From NCBI GenBank assembly GCA_965648935.1, contig CBFGIY010000001.1, forward strand, positions 1-32,783: a DNA stretch of 32,783 bases, given 5' to 3'. Below, one piece after another: positions 28,512-32,783 of the stretch (the stretch's first letter is position 1; each line of letters begins with the position of its first letter). A model generated the notes under the pieces. That model searched no databases. It was not told the origin of the DNA and saw nothing but the letters and a program-made list of their open reading frames with translations. This stretch comes from a candidate division WOR-3 bacterium. Lineage in GTDB: Bacteria > Hydrothermota > Tepidihabitantia > Tepidihabitantales > Tepidihabitantaceae. The translations under genes were made by a program, and so were the position numbers.

Positions 28512-28540
28512 CCGGGCTTTTGACGCCCGGTCGTCTTTTT
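28512..28540 (+). terminator. intrinsic terminator after the nucleotidyltransferase
   Basis: CCGGGC-TTTTGAC-GCCCGG followed by TCGTCTTTTT. Confidence 0.5.
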
Positions 28541-28548
28541 GCTATAAT
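28520..28548 (+). promoter_or_regulatory. sigma70-type promoter (extended -10) for the DUF3795 gene
   Basis: TTGACG, 17 nt, TATAAT with TGn extension. GTG 8 nt downstream with no SD. Confidence 0.72.
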
Positions 28549-28556
28549 TAACCAGA

Positions 28557-29036
28557 GTGTTGAAGCATGTATCCCGCGACCTCGCGGGCCGCTGCGGAAT
28601 GTACTGCGGCACCTGCGAGATTCACCGCGCCTACACCGACGGCGGCAAGTTCCGTATCGATGTTGCCCGCAAGCACAACTGCCTGCCCGGCGATGTGCGC
28701 TGCAAGGGCTGCCGCGGCGTTGCGGTCGTCGGCTGGGCAAGGTCCGAGGACTGGGGCAAGAACTGCGCCATCCTGCGCTGCCTCAGGTCGCGCAACCTGG
28801 AAACCTGCGGCGACTGCCCGAAGATAACCGTGTGCGAACGCTGGCAGGCCCTTGCCGCCGAGCTATTCACCAAGGGCGTGGACCTCAAGGCCAATCTCCA
28901 GGAGATGAGCCGGCTCGGGCCCGAGGCCTGGGTCAAGGCACAGGACAAACGCTGGCGCTGCCAGCACTGCCACGAACCGGTCGCGGTCACGGTCGACGAC
29001 AGCCGCTGCCAGCTCTGCGGCGAATTCAACCTCTAG
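28557..29036 (+). CDS. DUF3795-like Cys-rich protein with C-terminal zinc ribbon
   Basis: CGMYCGTC...CKGC...CAILRC...TCGDC...C pattern, then WRCQHC...CQLCG. Confidence 0.82.
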   Translation: MLKHVSRDLAGRCGMYCGTCEIHRAYTDGGKFRIDVARKHNCLPGDVRCKGCRGVAVVGWARSEDWGKNCAILRCLRSRNLETCGDCPKITVCERWQALAAELFTKGVDLKANLQEMSRLGPEAWVKAQDKRWRCQHCHEPVAVTVDDSRCQLCGEFNL

Positions 29037-29057
29037 CCCCGCCCGCCCACGCACGAC

Positions 29058-29085
29058 TTGACAACGGTCCGGCCCGGACTACCCT
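29058..29085 (+). promoter_or_regulatory. sigma70-type promoter
   Basis: TTGACA, 16 nt, TACCCT. AAGGAGG SD at 29149-29155 before ATG 29160. Confidence 0.6.
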
Positions 29086-29159
29086 GACTCAAGCGAAAGT
29101 CAGGGGTGTCAGCGCGACAGAACCGGCCTGCACGGCCCGCAGGTCGAAAAGGAGGCTGT

Positions 29160-30541
29160 ATGCTGAAACTTATCGCTCTAACTGCTGCTGTTGCGGCACT
29201 TGTCGCCCCCCCCTGTATGGGCGCTACTGGGAGAGGCTGAGCGAGTTCGAGCCCTATCCGGCCGGCCCCGGCTCGGCCCTTGCCGGAGGCAGATGTGACT
29301 ACGAAGCCGGCATCGAGTACCCAGAACCCACCAACCTCGTCTGGCTGCTGCACGGCCGATGCCCCTACAACGGCGGCAACCTGTTCGAACGCTGGCACAA
29401 CGGACCACCCGACACAGGGTCGTGGGCTTCTCGCCAGCGCTTGCCACTGGCGGGCCTTGACAGCCTTGCCGACTGGGGCGGTGCGCTGGCCTTTGTGCCC
29501 GACCCTTACGCATACCCGGCGACCGGTCGTCTCTTCGCCTTCACCGGCAACCGCACTCCCTTCTTCTGGTCCTACAACCCGTCTCAGGATGAGTGGGTGG
29601 CCGAGCCGGGCTTCGACGACGGCACGGTGGTTGACGACGGTGGCGCGCTCTGTTACGGCGGCATCTGGGAGTTTGACGGCATTGCCCACGCGGTCCTGTA
29701 CGCCTTCATCGGCGGCGGCAGCGGCCGGTTCTTCCGCTATGCTCACCCGGTATCGCCCACCCGGGGCCGGTCCCGGTCAACCGGCTGGACCGAACTCGCG
29801 CCGGTGATGGGCGGGCTTCCGGTGAGAGCCGGCGGATGCCTGGCTTGGTGTCCGTTGCCCGAAAACCCGGACCACCCGATGGGACTCGTAGTGGCACTGC
29901 GCGGTGACTACACCAGGGGCCTGTATTTCTACGACCCGGCAAGAGACGAGTGGTCTGCCGGACCGCGTCTGCCGAACAGCCGCCAGACCAGGGGCGGCGC
30001 GGCGATTGCTGCCGGCCCGAACGGCAACGAAGTGATGCTCTGGCCCGGCGGGAACAGGGTCAGAGACTTCTTCCGGTATGTCTATCCGTGCGACACAATC
30101 GAGTGGCGCAACATACCGCCGACCCCGATGGACCAGGAACCCGGCTCGGCGCTCTGCCAGACCGGCGGCAGGTACTACGCATACCTGAGCGATCCCGACA
30201 ATCGTGAGTATCCGCCCAACTCATCCTGGCGCTACACCCATGTCGGAGCAGTTGACCCGGGCGGGGCGCAGGCTGAGTCCGGGACTTTCGCGAATGGTGC
30301 TGCGGCCTCGGTTCGCGCCAGTCGCAGCGAACACCGCTTCTCGGTCCGGTGCGGCCCGGGGCCGGTCCGGCTGCGCATCGTCGACGCGGCCGGAGCGGTC
30401 GTGGCGCGGCAGGAGGCGACAGCGACCGTGGACGGTGCAGGTTTGACCTGGCGGCACGGCCAGTCCCGCGCCGGCATCTACCTGTACGCCATCGAGACCC
30501 GATCGGGCAGCCTCACCGGCAGGCTGCTCGTTGTCCGTTAA
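29160..30541 (+). pseudogene. secreted Kelch-like beta-propeller with T9SS-like CTD, frameshifted at a C8 tract in the signal peptide (phase-variable or assembly error)
   Basis: ATG 29160 gives MLKLIALTAAVAALVAPP then TGA at 29238-29240. The body (LYGRYWERL...GGALAF/GGALCY/GGCLAW/GGAAIA/GSALCQ repeats...GIYLY...GRLLVVR) is in another frame. C9 or C6 at 29206-29213 would fuse the two. Confidence 0.78.
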
Positions 30542-30556
30542 CCGCAGGAGAAAGCG

Positions 30557-32783
30557 ATGACACCCCTGACTTCATCTCCCCTGCGGCACCGGCCCGCAGG
30601 AGTTGTGCTTGTCTGCCTGCTCAGCGCCTCTGCCCTGCTCGGCGCTACGACCACCTTTGAGCGCTACTATCGCTACCCCGGCGGCGGCGGCGAATACTTC
30701 CGCAAGGTCAAGGTCCGGCCCGAAGGCGGCTACCTGACCGACGCGACCTACACGGCCATGCCCGGCGGCTCGCTCACCGCCGGATTGGGCAAGTACGACT
30801 CGCTCGGCAATCTGCTCTGGTTTCGCACCCACGACCCGCGGCCGGGTCTGGGCGCCGGGACCGAGGCCATCTGCATCGGCCTGGACGGCGACTACTTTCT
30901 GGCCGGCCTCTGTGGCGGCTACACCGGTGACCTGTTCTTCTTCAAGACCGATACCGCCTGCAACCTCATCTGGCTGACCTTCTACGAAGGCCCGGGTTTT
31001 GAGGGCACCTACAGCGACCTCTGCCCGACCGCGGACTCCGGCTGCGCGTACACCGGCTACATCACCACCGAAGAGGGCGGCGGGCTGGGCGTCATCAAGC
31101 TCAGCCGCGACGGCGAGATCGAATGGTTCCGGCTCTACGAACCGCCGCCGACAGGGTCGGGGGTCTCGATCCATCAGACCCCGGACCGCGGCTACTTTGT
31201 CGGCGGCCAGGTCACTGTACCGGGCAGCCGCGACAGCTCGGGCCTCTACATACTCCGCATCGACGAGCGCGGCGACACGCTCTGGACCCGGTCTTTCTAT
31301 GCCTACGGCAGTTCTCTGGCCAACGGTGGCTGCGCGACTCGTGACGGCGGGTTCGCGATCTGCGGGGCCAGCTTTGACCCCTTGGTCGGTACCGTTGCCG
31401 GCTTCATCGCCCGGGTTGACTCGGTCGGCAACACGCTCTGGGAGCGCTACTACTATCCGGGCGACCTGACCGACTCCAGCTGCTACCTGCGTAAGGTGGT
31501 CCAGACTCCGGACCGCGGTTTTGCCGTGGTCGGGGAGTTCTGGGACGGTGTGACCGAACACGTAAGAATCGTGCTGGTGCGCCTGGACTCGCTAGGCGAA
31601 CCGCTCTGGCGCCGCGAGTACTACGGCCGCGACAGCGCTCGGTTGGACCTCGGAATGTGGATCGAGAACACCCCGGACAACGGGTTCATCATCGCCGGAG
31701 TCGCGGACGTGTGGGGCAATCCCTGCCTCATCAAAACCGACTCGCTCGGGCTGGTGCACTATTGCGACCTGCGCCTGGCCGGCTGGCGGTTCAACGACGC
31801 AGAGGGCAATGGCAACGGCCGGCCCGACCCGGGCGAGACTGCCGGCCTCGTCATCACCTACGCCAACTCGCCCGGATTCTGGGACGCCGACCGCGTCCGC
31901 GCCACACTCAGCACGACCAGCACCGGCATCACCATCATCAAGGACACCGCCACCTTCCCGCCCATCCCGGCCGGGTCATCCGGCGACTGCTCGGCCGACT
32001 CGTTTGTCGTCGCGGTCGCAGCGGGCACACCGCCCCAGGACATCCGCTTCCGGCTGACTGCTACCGCCCGGCCCGACGTGCGCCGCCCCGACACCGGCTT
32101 TGCCGCGCGCTCAGGCATTCCCCGCACCCTCATCGTCGACGACGACCTCGGCCTTGGCTATGAACGCTACTTCACCTCGGCCTGCGACTCCAACCGCATC
32201 GTCTACGACCTCTACCAGACCGAAGTCTCAGGCCCGCCCACCTCTGACACCCTGCGCCGCTATGCGGTGGTCATCTGGAACACCGGCAACGACTCGGTCA
32301 CCTCGCTTACTGCCGCTGAACAGGCCGCGCTGGAAGGCTACCTCTCAGCCGGGGGCAGCCTGCTGCTTTCGGGCAAGAAGGTCGCGCAGAACCTGCGCGG
32401 ATCGAGCTTCCTTGCCGACTGGCTTCGGGCCGCGCCCGCGGTCGACACGATGGGCCGGCTGATACTGGTGGGCCGGCCCGGTGACCCGATTGCCGAGGGC
32501 GACACGATGGTGATTGCCGGGGCCGGCGGCGCGGCCAACGGCGCCGACGCCAACGGCATCCGGCCGATCAACGGCGCGGTCGGCGGGGCCTTATACCGCG
32601 ACTATCCCGACACCACGGTGCAGGGACTCATCCACTACCGCGGCGACTACCGGCTCGTGTTCTTCGCCGCGCCCTTTGAGGCAATCAATCTCTCACCCGC
32701 GCGCTACCTCCAGCGCTGGACCCTAATCAGCCGCATCTATCGCTTCTTCGGCGAGGCCACGCCCGGCGCCGAAGAACCGGCCC
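30557..32783 (+). CDS. secreted beta-propeller-repeat protein with NGNGRPDPGE Ig-like domain (partial, runs off the window)
   Basis: AGGAG SD, ATG 30557, signal peptide ...VVLVCLLSASALLG. Repeats such as KYDSLGNLLW, KTDTACNLIW, QTPDRGYFVGG and RVDSVGNTLW, later GNGNGRPDPGET and LIVDDD. Frame stays open to the window end, hence absent from the ORF track. Confidence 0.85.
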   Translation, partial: MTPLTSSPLRHRPAGVVLVCLLSASALLGATTTFERYYRYPGGGGEYFRKVKVRPEGGYLTDATYTAMPGGSLTAGLGKYDSLGNLLWFRTHDPRPGLGAGTEAICIGLDGDYFLAGLCGGYTGDLFFFKTDTACNLIWLTFYEGPGFEGTYSDLCPTADSGCAYTGYITTEEGGGLGVIKLSRDGEIEWFRLYEPPPTGSGVSIHQTPDRGYFVGGQVTVPGSRDSSGLYILRIDERGDTLWTRSFYAYGSSLANGGCATRDGGFAICGASFDPLVGTVAGFIARVDSVGNTLWERYYYPGDLTDSSCYLRKVVQTPDRGFAVVGEFWDGVTEHVRIVLVRLDSLGEPLWRREYYGRDSARLDLGMWIENTPDNGFIIAGVADVWGNPCLIKTDSLGLVHYCDLRLAGWRFNDAEGNGNGRPDPGETAGLVITYANSPGFWDADRVRATLSTTSTGITIIKDTATFPPIPAGSSGDCSADSFVVAVAAGTPPQDIRFRLTATARPDVRRPDTGFAARSGIPRTLIVDDDLGLGYERYFTSACDSNRIVYDLYQTEVSGPPTSDTLRRYAVVIWNTGNDSVTSLTAAEQAALEGYLSAGGSLLLSGKKVAQNLRGSSFLADWLRAAPAVDTMGRLILVGRPGDPIAEGDTMVIAGAGGAANGADANGIRPINGAVGGALYRDYPDTTVQGLIHYRGDYRLVFFAAPFEAINLSPARYLQRWTLISRIYRFFGEATPGAEEPA

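Noticed and set aside
28268..30541. 757-aa ORF from the track treated as one protein
   Set aside because: Its first ~310 codons overlap the NTase and DUF3795 genes in other frames. The real start is ATG 29160 (promoter, SD, signal peptide), joined through the C8 tract.

Overview
GC-rich bacterial chromosomal segment of about 30 genes, with no rRNA, tRNA, CRISPR array or mobile element recognised. Housekeeping operons are cNMP-domain gene-cmk-plsC-ispH-rpsA, RmlC-like cupin-ribBA-ribH-nusB-metallophosphoesterase, rsmD-coaD-obgE-dprA and accD-MalK-type ATPase. Between them lie five large secreted proteins: an LVIVD beta-propeller, two gingipain-family C25 paralogues and two further beta-propellers. 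Four end in a T9SS/FlgD-like sorting tail and the fifth runs off the window. This gene content suggests an FCB-related lineage such as WOR-3 (inference only). Highlights: (1) an apparently monocistronic, catalytically intact cGAS/DncV-like (CdnC/OAS-like) nucleotidyltransferase with no recognisable CBASS effector, flanked by a FYVE-like Zn-finger/coiled-coil/TM protein and a DUF3795 Cys-rich protein; (2) a surface beta-propeller gene frameshifted at a C8 tract inside its signal peptide (phase variation or assembly error); (3) near-consensus sigma70 promoters, 7 of 15 of which imply leaderless mRNAs; (4) a C25 paralogue lacking the catalytic His and the propeptide; (5) a structured 310-nt convergent intergenic region that may encode an ncRNA.
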